This document shows positions 1 to 13,115 of a stretch of 63,969 bases of DNA, piece after piece (position 1 is the stretch's first letter; the number at the start of each line of letters is the position of its first letter). The notes beneath the pieces are model-generated. The model made no database searches and had not been told where the DNA came from. It saw nothing but the letters and a program-made list of their open reading frames with translations. This DNA comes from Octopus bimaculoides (lineage: Eukaryota): positions 17,736,728 to 17,800,696 of the forward strand of contig NC_068985.1 in the NCBI RefSeq assembly GCF_001194135.2. The letters run 5' to 3'. A program made the translations under genes and the position numbers.

Positions 1-835
1 GGGGGGGGGGGGAAGAAATGTCAGCAAACCTAGAAATGAAGCAGTCACTGAAGAGTGGTCAAAGAACATCCATTGATACTCTGGCTGTGTGGGCTGTTGC
101 CCCATCCTTCTGAAACAACACACGTCAAATAGGCATACGTTTTCATCATAATTCAGGCACAAAAAGTTGTTTATCATCTCAATGCAAAGCTTGGAGTTCA
201 CAGTAACAGCATTTCCATTATTGTCTTCAAAAAGTAAGGACCAATGACAGCAGCTTTTCCAACAGCACACCAGACCATCACTTTTGGGCTGTGAAGTGGT
301 CTTTCATGCAGTTCTCTCAGATTTTGAAGAGCTCAATAATGACAGTTCTGTTGATTCATCACGCCTCTGAGATGAAAATAAGCTTCATCACTCATTAACA
401 AAATGAGGTTATCATTTGCCTCAAAAATTGCTTTCATCTGATGTGTGAAATTAAGCCACCGTGCATAATCCCATGGTTTCAACTGTTGCCCAATAACCAA
501 TTTGTATGGGTGGAAATGCAAGTCTTCATGCAAAATATGTCTTACTGATTCATCACACATGTTCCAAATTTTACTGTTTGTAGCACCCCTACCAGTCTCC
601 TATTTATTAGTGTACCTCGTGTATGAAGTGCATTCACCCAACGTAAGATTGTGTTATGGGTGGGAACAGCCTGATTTCGGTGAATGTTGAAGTGGTGCCG
701 AAACTCACGCTGAACTGCTATGACAGATTTGTTATTCTTCACATAACTGTCATAGGCAAACATGCAGTGCTCTATCGTCCACAGCGCCATGGCTTCACTT
801 GAAAAGAAAAACAAATGATAAGACACCACAGACCA
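1..835 (-). mobile_element. Decayed Tc1/mariner-superfamily transposase with DUF4817-like N-terminal HTH (runs off window start)
   Basis: Minus-strand pieces: MALWTIEH..VQREFRHHF..P..TILRWV (542-829), LHFHPYK..SDEAYFHL (333-560), HSPKVMVWCAV..IGPYFFE and FQKDGATAHTARVSMDVL near 60-110; frameshifts and stops. Confidence 0.85.
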
Positions 836-945
836 AATGGTACCTGTTGGACATATGTCCCTCCTTCTGGGGCTGAGGAATAGCCATTACAAAGACGTCC
901 ATCCTATCTGCCACACACACACACGATAGGTTTCGTTCAGTTTCT

Positions 946-1177
946 TATTTCCTTATTGCCTACAAGGGGCTAAACATAGAGGGGACAAACACGGGCAGAC
1001 AAAGGGATTAAGTCGATTACATCGACCCCAGTGCGTAACTGGTACTTATTTAATTGACCCCGAGAGGATGAAAGGCAAAGTCAACCTCGGCAGAATTCGA
1101 ACTCAGAATGTAGCAGCAGACAAAATACCGCTAAGCATTTTGCCCGGCGTGCTAACGTTTCTGCCAGTTCGCCGCCT
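946..1177 (-). mobile_element. tRNA-headed SINE (family C here), nested in a family-A SINE
   Basis: Reverse complement GGCGGCGAACTGGCAGAAACGTTAG..GAGTTCGAATTC..GCCTTT CATCC..AAATAAGTACCAG; 10-bp TSD TTCAGTTTCT at 936-945 and 1178-1187. Other copies at ~3466-3690(+), 24985-25390, 36355-36550(+), 39830-39905(+), 52990-53110(-), 61600-61815(-). Confidence 0.85.
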
Positions 1178-2437
1178 TTCAGTTTCTACCAAAAGCACTA
1201 ACAAAACTTTGGTCAGCAGAGAATTATATTAGAAGACACTTGTCCAAGGTACTCTGTAATAGTACTGAACCCAAGGCCATACAGTAAGGAAGCAAGCTTC
1301 TCAAGCACACCACCTATTTATACATGTACATTATATTATGTATATTATAAAAGTTCCTGCATATATTAATAGTAATGGTGTTTATTACACAGGTACAAAT
1401 AAGTGGCATGCACACATTTTTCAAAAGCATTTGTTCTTCAATCATATATCCATCATTTTTTTCTGTCATTTACATTAATTATTCTAGGGCAATATGAGGC
1501 CACTATGTTTTTTTTCTTTTTGACAATTGCTATTTACAGTTAAATGTGTTTATAGACAGGAATGTAGCTAATATTATTGTCAAGTTATCTGCCGGTCATT
1601 GACCTTGTTAACAACTACCCCCTCCTTAGCTTATACTGACCAACAACCCACCGCACCCTTCTCATTTTTATTCTCCTCCCATCTCCAACCACACTCAAAA
1701 ATTCTCCTCCTTTCTCTTTCCAACCATTTCCCACTTACACAGGCGCAATAACTTGATTCTTTATCTTTTCTGATCATTCTTCCTGTCCCCCCACCATCTG
1801 CAAGCGTTCCATGCTAACTGGCAAATCACTCCCACCTCTCTCCCTCCCCCTCCCTCCCCTGATATAATTCTTGAATAATGGTAATATCATCAGCCAATAA
1901 GATACTTTTGATCAATTTTTTATACAAAGTTTGTTGTGATAATCAAATATCTCCATTCTAGTAAATATCATTCTTATATTCCTTTTTCCATAATTCTTCC
2001 AAGATTGAAACAAAAGACTCATAAGAATTTGTGAAGTTTTTTTTTAGCTTCAGTACACACACACACACACACACACATACTGAAAGATAGATAGCCATAT
2101 AGACAGACATATAGATAGATAATATTGATTTCATTGATTTTTTTCAAGTTTTACAATTAATGGTTTTTTCTTTTTTGATTTTTTAAAAATAGGTAAAGAA
2201 AATACAAAACACATATATTCTTTTACTTATTTCAGTCATTTGACTGTGGCTACGCTAGCACACCGCTTTAAGTCGAGCTAATTGACCCCAGGACTTATTC
2301 TTTGTAAACCTAGTACTTATTCTATCATTCTCTTTTACCGAACTGCTAAGTTACGGGGATGTAAACACACCACCATTGGTTGTCAAGCAATGTTTTGGGC
2401 CACAAACACAGACACACAAACATATATACACACACAC

Positions 2438-3010
2438 ATCATCATCGTCATTTAACGTCTGCTTTCCATGCTGGCATGGGTTGGATGGTTTGACTGAGGA
2501 CTGGTGAACCAGAAGGCTGCACCAGGCACCAATCTGATCTGGCAAAGTTTCTACANNNNNNNNNNGACTGGTGAACCAGAAGGCTGCACCAGGCACCAAT
2601 CTGATCTGGCAAAGTTTCTACAGCTGGATGCCCTTCCTAACACCAACCACTCTGTGAGTGTAGTGGGTGCTTTTACATGTCACCGGCACGAGGGCCAGTG
2701 AGGCGGTTCTGGCAACGACCTTGCTCAAAAGGTGTTTTTTACATGCTACCTACATGGGAAGCAGTCTGGTGGCACTGGCAACAACCACGCTCAAATGTTG
2801 TTTTTCACATACCACCAGCACATGTGCCGGTAAGGCAATGATCATGCTCGAATGATGCCTTTTTATGTGCCTCCGGCACAGGAGCCAATCTGTGGCCCTC
2901 GCAACGATCACGCTCAGATGTGCTATTAACATTCCACTGGCACGAGTGCCAATCAGGCGGTACTGTCATCGGCCATGTCAGCGATTTTGATTTGATTTCA
3001 CTTGCCTCAA
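2438..3010 (-). mobile_element. Retroposon family B with (GAT)n tail and five ~60-bp internal modules
   Basis: (CAT)n then the conserved GTCTGCTTTCCATGCTGGCATGGGTTGG..CAGCTGGATGCCCTTCCTAA block, followed by repeated TTTT..GTGCCACC.GCAC..GGCAACGA..CGCTCAAATG modules. More than 12 copies in 1-34 kb. Confidence 0.8.
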
Positions 3011-3465
3011 TAGGTCTTTGCAAGCAAAGTTTATTGTCCAATGAATGAGGGGTACTGAAAAAAACCTGTTGTGTAATATATATATATATATATATATATA
3101 TAACACAACAGGTTTTTTTCAGTTTCCGTCTACCAAATCCACTCACAAGGCTTTGGCCAGCCTGAGGCTATAGTAGAAGACACTTGCCCAAGATGCCAAG
3201 CAGTGGGACTGAACCCGGAACCATGTGGTAGGTAAGCAAGCTACTTACCACACAGCCACTCCTGCGCCTTATTCATTAGTAGGAAAACTTAAGTCTCAGT
3301 GAAATCATTATTATCAATAAATTTTACTCTACTAATTATAAAAAGTCCCACCATCAATAAATATTTTGTTTTCAACAAGATCTACAATACCATACGATGA
3401 ACAATGATGATATATATACATCAGCCGTTTGGTCAAGATCAAAGTGTAGTATATATATGTATGAA

Positions 3466-3690
3466 GGTGGCGAGCTGGCAGAAACGTTAGTGCGCCGGGC
3501 GAAATGCTTAGCGGTATTTCGTCTGCCGTTGCGTTCTGAGTTCAAATTCCACCGAGGTCGACCTTGCCTTTCATCCTTTCAGGGTCGATAAATAAAGTAC
3601 CAGTTACGCACTGGGGTTGATGTAATCAACTTAATCCCTTCGTCTGTCCTTGTTTGTCCACTATGTTTAGCTCCTTGTGGGCAATAAAGA
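3466..3690 (+). mobile_element. SINE family C copy
   Basis: GGTGGCGAGCTGGCAGAAACGTTAG..GAGTTCAAATTCC..CCTTTCATCCTTTCAGGGTCGATAAATAAAGTACCAG; homologous to the 946-1177 copy. Confidence 0.85.
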
Positions 3691-3710
3691 TATATATATA
3701 TATATATATC

Positions 3711-3878
3711 TACACTCTCTGAGTGGTTGGCGTTAGGAAGGGCATCCAGCTGTAGAAACTCTGCCAAATCAGACTGGAGCCTGGTGTTGCCATCCGGTTT
3801 CACCAGTCCTCAGTCAAATCGTCCAACCCATGCTAGCATGGAAAGCGGACGTTAAACGATGATGATGATGATGATGAT
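3711..3878 (+). mobile_element. 5'-truncated family B retroposon inserted at a (TA)n tract
   Basis: GTTAGGAAGGGCATCCAGCTGTAGAAA..GGACGTTAAACGATGATGATG; the last ~140 bp differ from 33961-34099 at only 2 positions. Confidence 0.85.
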
Positions 3879-5054
3879 ATATGTATGATGTAATATAAAT
3901 GTGAAAACCACTAAAAATAACCTTGTTTTAATCAATACGTTAGCATATTTATTTTCTGTAGTTGTACACTTTTCACAGCACTTAGCATCTATTGTTGACA
4001 ATAGTTGATCCCCAACTCCAACAGAACTGGCTCAGTAGGCAACAGTCTAAATTTGTCAATACTTGTTATCACTGTAACTACTATATTCTAAAGAAAACCT
4101 AACTTTGAATTTTGAGAAGGTTTGGGTTTTTTAAATTTTTTTATGAATATTTTATACATATCCACTTTATTCTCGATTCAATTCTCAAATTTAAAACCCA
4201 CTTATTTGGTCCACTTAAGTCTGCCACAGCACTGTGAATAATATTACAAACACATTCACTGCATCCAATTTCATGCTTAATAGACTTTTGTCACATATCA
4301 AAGTTGATTAATCACGTAAGCTGAACTCAACTTTCCGTTACCATCGAGTACTTCTCATGAGGGCAATTACAAAGAAAAAAAAAAAAGAAAATCAATCAAA
4401 TATCAAGATTAGTGGTTGGGCAACTTGTACATATTTACCTAAGCTGCTGAGTTCCTTTTATGGTAGCGAAAATGATAACTGCCTTTTGATAACGTTAATT
4501 CGAGGGAGTTGGTCAAATCAAGAAAGCTTTATCTCAACAAATTTCACAACAGCTGATATATTTACATTGATTTAAAAGTTCTTCAGCCCTATCACTTAGC
4601 AGTGCTTTATTCCTTACACCTTACTATTTACATTAGTTTGCTGATAACATTTCAATATATATATAGGTCATAAAAAGAATGTTGAATACAATATTCTGGT
4701 AGTTTCAGGCAAACTATTAAACTGATTCATTATTCTGATAACTTTAGAAGAGCATTATGTTTTTTATCGTTTAAGTCTTGAATATTTCTGAGAAATAAAA
4801 CACACAGCACAATTAAAATACACACACACATATATATTACAGAGAAGGAAAGTCTGTGTGTGCGTGTGCATGTGTGTCTTTGAGTGTGTGAGGGAGAGTA
4901 TATATTATAATGGGGGAGGCATGTTTTATGGAATTACTCTGGGTTTCTTGTCCATAAGGGGATACGCCTTACAGCGTATCATCTAAACCCAAACCTGTTG
5001 ACCTAAGACCTCACCTTGGAGTGTGCTTCTTCTCCAGATGTATGCTTTTCTACA

Positions 5055-5084
<30 letters not shown>

Positions 5085-5085
<1 letters not shown>

Positions 5086-5280
5086 GGGGAGAATTCATGA
5101 AAAAACAACAGACGAAGACAGGTGGTGTAAACAACAAATGGATGTATTAGTATAACGCTCGGGAATAGAGAAAGTCTTTAACGTTTCAAGCCTACGCTCT
5201 TCAACAGAAACGAACACAGAAAGAAACAAGGAGAGAAAAAATATGTGTAGTGGTCAGCGATCTATCATGGCGAATGATAG
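5085..5280 (-). mobile_element. Penelope-type terminal repeat fragment with decayed hammerhead-like motif
   Basis: Minus strand 5213-5174: CTGTTGA-A-GAGC GTAG GCTT-GAAAC-GTT-AAAGAC. Downstream ACTTTCTCT..TTCCCGAGCGT is shared with 46670-46700. Confidence 0.6.
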
Positions 5281-5319
<39 letters not shown>

Positions 5320-5899
5320 CTAAAAGTCTGTGATTACTTGCTTGCTTGCCTGTAATTTAGTACAGCCAAACCAGTGTATAATGGGAAAATACTCTGAAAG
5401 TAAGGCAGTCCTGAAATGTGAATACAAACAGAATAAAACAAGTTTCGTATAAATCAGACCATGGATTCCTGAGAAATGTGTTTTATTTTATTTGTTTCCA
5501 CAAATTTAAGCCGTGAAACCTGGAATTATTGCCATTTACTGTGAACACCTGGATAGTTTTGTTTGCGGAAAAGTGGATGTTTAAACAATGATGATGATGA
5601 TCATATTTTCACCAAAGTAATAAATAAAAAACTATATCATATTTAAAGGAAGCAATTTACAGAAGTTGGGACATTTTAATTTAAAATATAACTGAAGTAA
5701 TCAGCTTTAAAATTAAAAGAGATATTACACCTCAAAACTTGCAGATACTTCTGAAGATTCAAATTCTTATAGAAAATAGAAACTCAGTGAATTTTTGAGA
5801 CAAAAGAAAGATTTGAGGTAAACCAATAGAAGTAATTTAATGAAAAATCAGCTCATTTAATCAAGCTGGTTAGTGAACTAAATAGATCTTTGATTACAA

Positions 5900-8200
5900 T
5901 GGAATTTTTCATTTACACGTGAACTTTGGTTAAGAGATCTATGAATCACAACGAAGTAAGTTTTGATTTACCAAGGTAGACAATGCTAACCAATGTAAAA
6001 TGGCCACACATTTGCACACAGATTAAGTGTGAAATAATTCTGCACGTGTTGCAATATTTTTGGAAAATAAATCTAAAATTACTTAAGTAAATAGAGTTAA
6101 GTGTCTTGTTTAGAGACAAGATAATCAGCTTCAAAAATAAGTGTAAGCAATTAAGGCTGACAGCATACTATTTGCATGAGTTAAGCAATGTCCTTGGCAC
6201 AGTTTCAAATGATAAGCAGCTGATATCAGATACGAGGTGAAAATCTTTAAGCACTTTCTGATTCACAAAAACTGTATTTTATATATATTACAAATGTGGT
6301 ATCACACAGTACAAGCAAAAGTACCCCCCGCCCACACACGTTTCAAGCTTTTAAAAGATTTGCAATATTACATAGGAAGAAAACTATCTAAAATTTGATT
6401 TGCCACAGCAGAAAGCAATAAAAATGTAGACACGTTGACATCATTGCCACCATCATCACTCAGCAACTGTATAAAAAAGGAAATGATCACGCACTGTCTA
6501 TAAGTTGAAAATAATCATTACAACAAACTTTTTGAACACAATAAGAGGTGGGGGTGGGTTTTGAGCCAAGTTAACACTATTGATTGAGACTATATGATAA
6601 TATATTGGATAATGAACACTTGCTCATATACAGTTGCTATTTCTCTGAAAAACTATCAAACATATACAGAAATTCTGCACTGCAAACTCTCAAAGGGAAA
6701 TTAATAACTTGAATGTATCAACTAAGTACACCAAGTGAAAAACTAGCTTTGTTTGATGTTGTGAACTTGTAACAGAATCAAAGTAATCAAATACTTGATA
6801 GATTCTTTTACTTAGGAATTACCAGATTGTATTGATAAAAAAATTAAGATAGATCATCTTTAATTTATTTTAGAAAACATTTATTTCATGTATGTAATGT
6901 AACTGCTTTCTGTTAAATATCAGGCACAGCAACGGGAACCAAAGTTTTAGCAACTTATGCTAACCTAGTTTGTGGAAATCATGAATTAAAAAGTTTCTTA
7001 ATCCTTACAAATATTTAGAAATAGCTTCAGTAGTTAATTGAAAGAGAAATAGGAAATATTTCAGGACAACTGTTTTATTTTATAAAGGGAAAATGTTGAT
7101 GAGTTGAATGAATTTAGAAACCTCATACACTGTATACACTCCCCACATCCAATTTACTATGGAATAGAATAACAACAAACTCTTTTTAAGATATATTGAC
7201 GATAAAAGAAATAAGAAATTTGAAACTTGTATACACTTGAAGCCTAGAAACTCAAGACAATACCTATTTATTTGGTCCAACATTATAGCAAAATGAATTT
7301 GCACAATTGTTTTCAATCCTTTACCAACAATAGAAGCAAAGGAAATATTTACTAATAGAAAATGTCAATTGAATTTAATTGATAATAGAATTCAAAGTGT
7401 GAAACATTGATATTCAAGGAACAAAAATCAAATGTGAAAAAAAAAAGTTAAACCATATGTCTCAACATCTTAACCCAAACATCAGAATCTTTGAAAACTT
7501 TCATAAAAAATTATTTGCATGAGATTAAGAGATGAAAAAAGATAATGGAAAGATATCTGTTAAAAGTAGAAGACAAATTTTGAAAAAATAGATAGTGATA
7601 AGCAAGAAACCAGACACAAAATCTAAAGGTTGCAAATGCAATTGATCAAACTGTAGAATATCTAACTGTATATTAAAAGGTTCTGGCTATCATTTCAAGC
7701 TGCATGTATTTTCAAAATTAATTAAAATGATGCCATTCTGAAAATTTAATATATTTTCTAACATGCAAAGGTTGCTGAGTACCTTACTTGGAAATAGGTA
7801 AATGTTGGCAACGGGAAGAGCTTCTGGCTGTAGAAAATCTACCTCACCAAATTCTGTCTGACCCATGCAAGAATAGAAAACAGTTAAATGATGAGGATGG
7901 TAAAGCTGAAGGTGTTCCGATGAAGTGAAGAATTTTTTTGATGTTGTGTAATTGGCAGAAAACACTGATAAAACACAGCTGAGATGATAAAATGAACTTT
8001 TGTGAATGAATCTGATTTTTGCAATTTTTTTTTTTTCGATGGAGATTGTTTATTTAGAGATAAATTTATATCTTATCACACAACAATTCACATTAATCTA
8101 TCAGAGATTTAGGTAATGGAAAAGCATATTATACTGCTGACTATGAATAGGTTAAAACTACCTCTAATGTTGATATAATTTAAGTGGAAAATATTGATAA
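5900..8200 (+). mobile_element. Highly decayed Penelope-like element (RT and C-terminal region), interrupted by a SINE at ~7760-7900
   Basis: Broken frames: FILENIYF, GTATGTKVLATYANLVCG (cf. PLE GTAMGT..APTYANL), HPHIQFTME, KPRNSRQYLF, KPYVSTSNP, VKSRRQILKK..KGCKCN.SNC; multiple stops and frameshifts. Confidence 0.7.
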
Positions 8201-8461
8201 AGAACAACAAATGGTTGGACAGATGAAGAAGGGATGAAAGTCCAGACATAAAATGTGGGTCAAATAATTTGGTGGGCTGGTAAAGAAACAGTCTTAGTTT
8301 TATGATCAGTTTAGAGCCTAGATAGCTCTTACTATATATATAAAAAAAAAAAACTATCTACAATATTATTCTGTTTGTTTCTGCATGCCCGGCTGTTTTG
8401 TTTGTGTGTTACACTTATGGCAAGGGAGGTAATAACTTGAAGAGAGAATTATATATATATA

Positions 8462-8564
8462 AAAATTTAGATTCAAGGTGAATATGGTACTTAAGTTTAG
8501 GCACCAGAATTTAATATGGTATTATCCAAGATAATCTTATTTTTGGAATTGTTTGGATAATACC

Positions 8565-8567
<3 letters not shown>
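8462..8567 (+). repeat. Short dispersed repeat ending in a 15-bp perfect inverted repeat
   Basis: AAATTTAGATTC..GAATATGGTACTTA..GGCACCAGAATTTA homologous to 60511-60575; TATGGTATTATCCAA (8515-8529) / TTGGATAATACCATA (8553-8567). Confidence 0.7.
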
Positions 8568-8648
<81 letters not shown>

Positions 8649-10159
8649 CATACATACATACATACAGAGAGAATGTCCAGCTTATTCTGCATTTGTGTGT
8701 TCAAATGAAGTTGAAGAATGTCCTGATGATGTATAAATTTATGCATTAAAAGATATATCAGTAGATGGTTGAATTAAAGTGAAATAATCTTGGTTAGCAA
8801 ATAGCTGTGGATGTTACACTTTTATATTTTATGTATTTCAGATCAAACCGCTATAATTCTTTTTATTTTTTTTATATTAGGTTTAAATACTTATTTATAC
8901 GAGAATAGACAAATATATACATCAGCAGAAGGGAAAGTAGGTATGATATCTGTCTATCTATCTAGGTAGATAGATAAGTATATAAGTAAGTCTACAGATA
9001 TCAATAAATATGCCTATAGAGAAATATATTAATAGATAAATAAGTAGCTGGGTAACTGAACTAAAATGAAATAAGAAATAAAAGTAATCTCAGTTGGTAA
9101 ATAACATGGTCTTGGTGGTGGTTGAACAAGTGACAAATGTAGGTATTTTTTTAAATATATTTATTTAAATAAATTTTATCTTTTTAATTCATCTTTATTT
9201 CCTTAAACTATAAAGCACATTATACAGTCAAACATTAAAAGAAGAAAAATAAGCAACACCTTCTAAGTTCATTTTGCTAATATTCAAAAATACAATTTTG
9301 ATTATAATGGCAGGATTTCAAAAGAACTGTTTTGAAATTCTTTACTTGTGTTTAATATATTAACATAATGTTAAGCCAACTTACATTGTGGAATTTCCAT
9401 GGGTCCTGCAAGTATCCATAATTATTATATGAAAATAACACTAATACCTAGTGGAGTGAGTCAGTAATTGCAGCCTTTGGTCATTTCAGTTAATAAGCCA
9501 TAAAAATGTCATACGTGATTAATGACATATATGTGTAGCTGCTCTGATGCACCGACTGATAACAATGAGCTAGATTACGCAACCTATATTTTCACAGGTG
9601 TGTCAGTGGGTTAAGACTGTAGAGAAATTTTATTAGGACAGAAATAAAAATAGTCTTTAAAAAATATGGAACTAGCAATGGCCTTCACATTATTGAAGGT
9701 TATGTGCACCAAGACTTGTAAATGGAGAACAACAGTAACAAAGAGATTAAGGATAATGACAGAAACAGCTTTGATAATGAAGGCTACACGAATTCAATCA
9801 ATATTTCCCTTAACAAGATATTCCATTTGTTTTATTTTTATTCATCATCATCATTTAAAGTTTCAGTACCGCCTGACTGGCCCTCGTGCCGGTGGCACGT
9901 AAAAGCACCCACTACACTCTCGGAGTGGTTGACGTTAGGAAGGGCATCCAGCTGTAGAAACTCTGCCAGATAAGACTGGAGCTTGGTGCAGCCTGCTGGC
10001 TTGCCAGTCCTCAGTCAAATCGTCCAACCCATGCTAGCATGGAAAGCAGACATTAAACGATGATGATGATATATTATATACATACATATACACACACACA
10101 CACACAAGAGTGGACAAATGAAAGAAGGACACAACACATTTATTGGGAGTTACATATAT

Positions 10160-10657
10160 GGATCAAAACAACTTGATTTAAATTTGTTGGTACTCAGAGT
10201 TCCAAGTATGATGCTAATCTTCAGCTATATTGAATTTGAATGAGAGAAGTTGATTGTTATTACCATAAGGTGGGCTGCGATTGGTCGAAGAATGTTATGC
10301 GGTGTTGTGGTTTGATGTTCGTATACCAGCAACAACAGTTATTTGGAGGTATCTGGATATTCCTCAGTGAATATGGTAGTGGTTGTCTCTCCATTAGCGA
10401 ATGTCTGACCAACAGTTTGCAGTGGAGAGACAGCCACTACCGTACTCACTGAGGAATATCCACATACCTCTAAGTAACTATTGTCACTGATATATCAACA
10501 TCAGACTGTAATGCCGCGTGACCTTCCTCAACCAATCACAGCCCACCTAATAGTTAATAACAATCAATTTCTCTCATTAAAATTCAAAATGGCTGAAGAT
10601 TAGCATCACGCTTGAAACTTGGAGTACCAATGAATTTGAATCAAACTGTTTTGATCC
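10160..10657. mobile_element. ~500-bp foldback MITE-like palindrome
   Basis: GGATCAAAAC..GTTTTGATCC termini in TA context; arms pair imperfectly along ~235 bp to a ~29-nt loop at 10394-10422 (e.g. GGATATTCCTCAGTGA / TCACTGAGGAATATCC). Confidence 0.85.
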
Positions 10658-10692
<35 letters not shown>

Positions 10693-10926
10693 GATTTCAA
10701 CTATATGGTTTCAGGATTAGTCTCATAGTGTGACACTGGCACTTTGGGCAAATGTCTTCCACTATAAGGTACAGGCATGGCTGTGTGGTAAGAAGCTTGT
10801 TTCTTCACCACATGGTTCTGGGTTCAGTCCTACTGTGTGACACCCTGGGCAAGTATCACCGACTAGAACCTTAGGCTGACCAAACCCTTGTGAGTAATTT
10901 GGTAGATGGAAACTGCAAGAAGCCTG

Positions 10927-10968
<42 letters not shown>

Positions 10969-11362
10969 TTAACCACTGCTTGAAAACCGGTGTTGGTGTA
11001 TTTATGTCCCCATATTTTACCAGTTCAGCAAGAGATCAATAGAATTAGTACTAAGCTTAAAAAAACAGAAAAAAAAAAAAGTCCTGGGGTCAAATTGTTC
11101 GACTAAAACCCTTCAAGGCAGTGCCACAGCATGGCTGCAGTCAAATGACGGAAACAAGTAAAAGATAAAAGAATCAGCCCTGGGCTAACCAAAGCCTTCT
11201 GAGGGGATTTGGTAGAAGGAAGCTTAAAGAAGCCAGTCATGTATGTGTGTAAGTATATATCATGTAATCGACCACATTGATGGGTGTTTTACATCACTGG
11301 TCACACTTTGCTTTGTTTTAGCTTTTGAATGATTCCACCCTACTGGCAAGACAAGCAGATCA

Positions 11363-11408
<46 letters not shown>

Positions 11409-11439
11409 GAATACACATACACACATATACACATACATG

Positions 11440-11635
11440 AATATATTTTTATATATGTATACATACACACACACACATATATGCATACATAAATGTATTT
11501 TTATATATGTACACACACACATATATATGCATACATAAATATATTTTTATAAACGTATACACACACATACATATATGCATACATAAATATATTTTTATAT
11601 ATGTATGCACACACACACACACATGTACATATTTA
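11440..11635. repeat. Microsatellite-derived minisatellite, about 4 units of ~45 bp
   Basis: Repeated ATATTTTTATATATGTA..CACACATATATGCATACATAAAT. Confidence 0.85.
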
Positions 11636-13080
11636 AAGGTAAATGGGGCAGATAAAATCCAGACACTCAAAAATTAGGAAACAGAGCAGATGTGTGTGTG
11701 TGTGTGTGTGCATGTGTGTGCGTGTGCGTGTGTGTGCGTGTGTGTGTGTGCGTGTGTGTGTGCATGCACATAAGTGTCTCCTTATCTTGACGTTGCTTGA
11801 TAGTTGGATAGTTGTATATGAGTGTCATGATCATACAAGCAGTGTCCACTTCCAATATTTCATGAAAACAAGTCTGACCAAAGGGAAATATTACCTCATT
11901 TGGAAACAAATGAGATTTAGCAACAGGAAGGGCATCTGACTAAAAAATCTGCCTCAACAAATTCCACCTGGCCTATACAAGCATGGAAAAGAGGATGTTA
12001 AAACGACGATCTTGATGTTTATATTTGTGTTATGCTAGGAAATACAGAAAATGGTTTCCTCTCGGCTTTCTACAGGGAATATGCTAACTACTATATGTTT
12101 TCTATATTTATAAATGTAATGGCAGCTCATTCTACTTTCATTTTTTAGTGATTGTGTTGAGGGTAGTCTAGCTTTTCTGTTGTATGTTTTGGTGCAGTTA
12201 CCTAACATGAGTTTAAGGTGTGTGACAGTATCTAGTTTGTATATAGATTTATCTTTTGTTGGCAAGTGCGCATGAATATTGAGGAAGTATTTGAAAGGTT
12301 TTGTGTGGCTACTTAAGAGGTTTTAGAAGGAGCTGATTATTTTGCTTAAAAACAGTTATTAAGAATATCATTTCAGGAATTGAAGCTCTTCCCATCTTCA
12401 GCAAAGATGACAATTTCTGCAGTTACCATGTTCATAACTATACACAAAAGCAAGAATAAACCAGGTTATATTAAAGGTACATTCAATAGTTTCTCTCAAT
12501 TTCCAAATATCTCAAAAGCACACATCGAAAATTTATTGTGCAAAATGACTAACAAATATCTGTGCAAGTAATGTCTCATCTTAAAGTTCACTTACTGTTG
12601 CTCTGATGTACAATCTTGGTTGAGAGTTTATCTTGGGGCAAAATACTAAAGGATTTAAGAAACTAACTGCAGAAATTCCTTATTTCTGTATATACAAACA
12701 TTCAAGTTGAAAAGTGGATTATACCACAGAATTTTCCTAGTTTACATTGAAAGTTTAAAATTCAACTGTTAACACACAAACACACATCTTATTAAAACAG
12801 AGAGTCTAATAAAATATTGTTTTATTCACGAACAAGAAGGGAACTGATGAACAAGAATAGAAGCAGTCTTTATATCACTATAGGCAGAGGAAATTGTGTT
12901 AAGTGCTGATGGTGATGCTGATAATGAGAAATAATGAAATGAAAATAAAGTCAAAGTAGAAGAGGAGATAAAACAATATATAAATAGAAAGATGGGATTG
13001 GTATGATAATGGTTGTTGTGGCGGAAGTAAGAAAATTGGAGAAGATGAAGTATGTGTGATGATGAGGAGGAAGAGGATAG

Positions 13081-13115
<35 letters not shown>

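Noticed and set aside
2497-2624. Exact ~59-bp direct repeat on both sides of a 10-N gap
   Set aside because: Typical unmerged contig overlap, not a biological duplication.
9722-9973. ORF with FDNEGY resembling transporter N-termini
   Set aside because: No splice donor or transmembrane continuation; it runs into a (CAT)n tract and family B repeat.
12100-12480. Possible GIY-YIG-like words (SIYKLD..) on the minus strand
   Set aside because: Similarity is too faint to support by eye.
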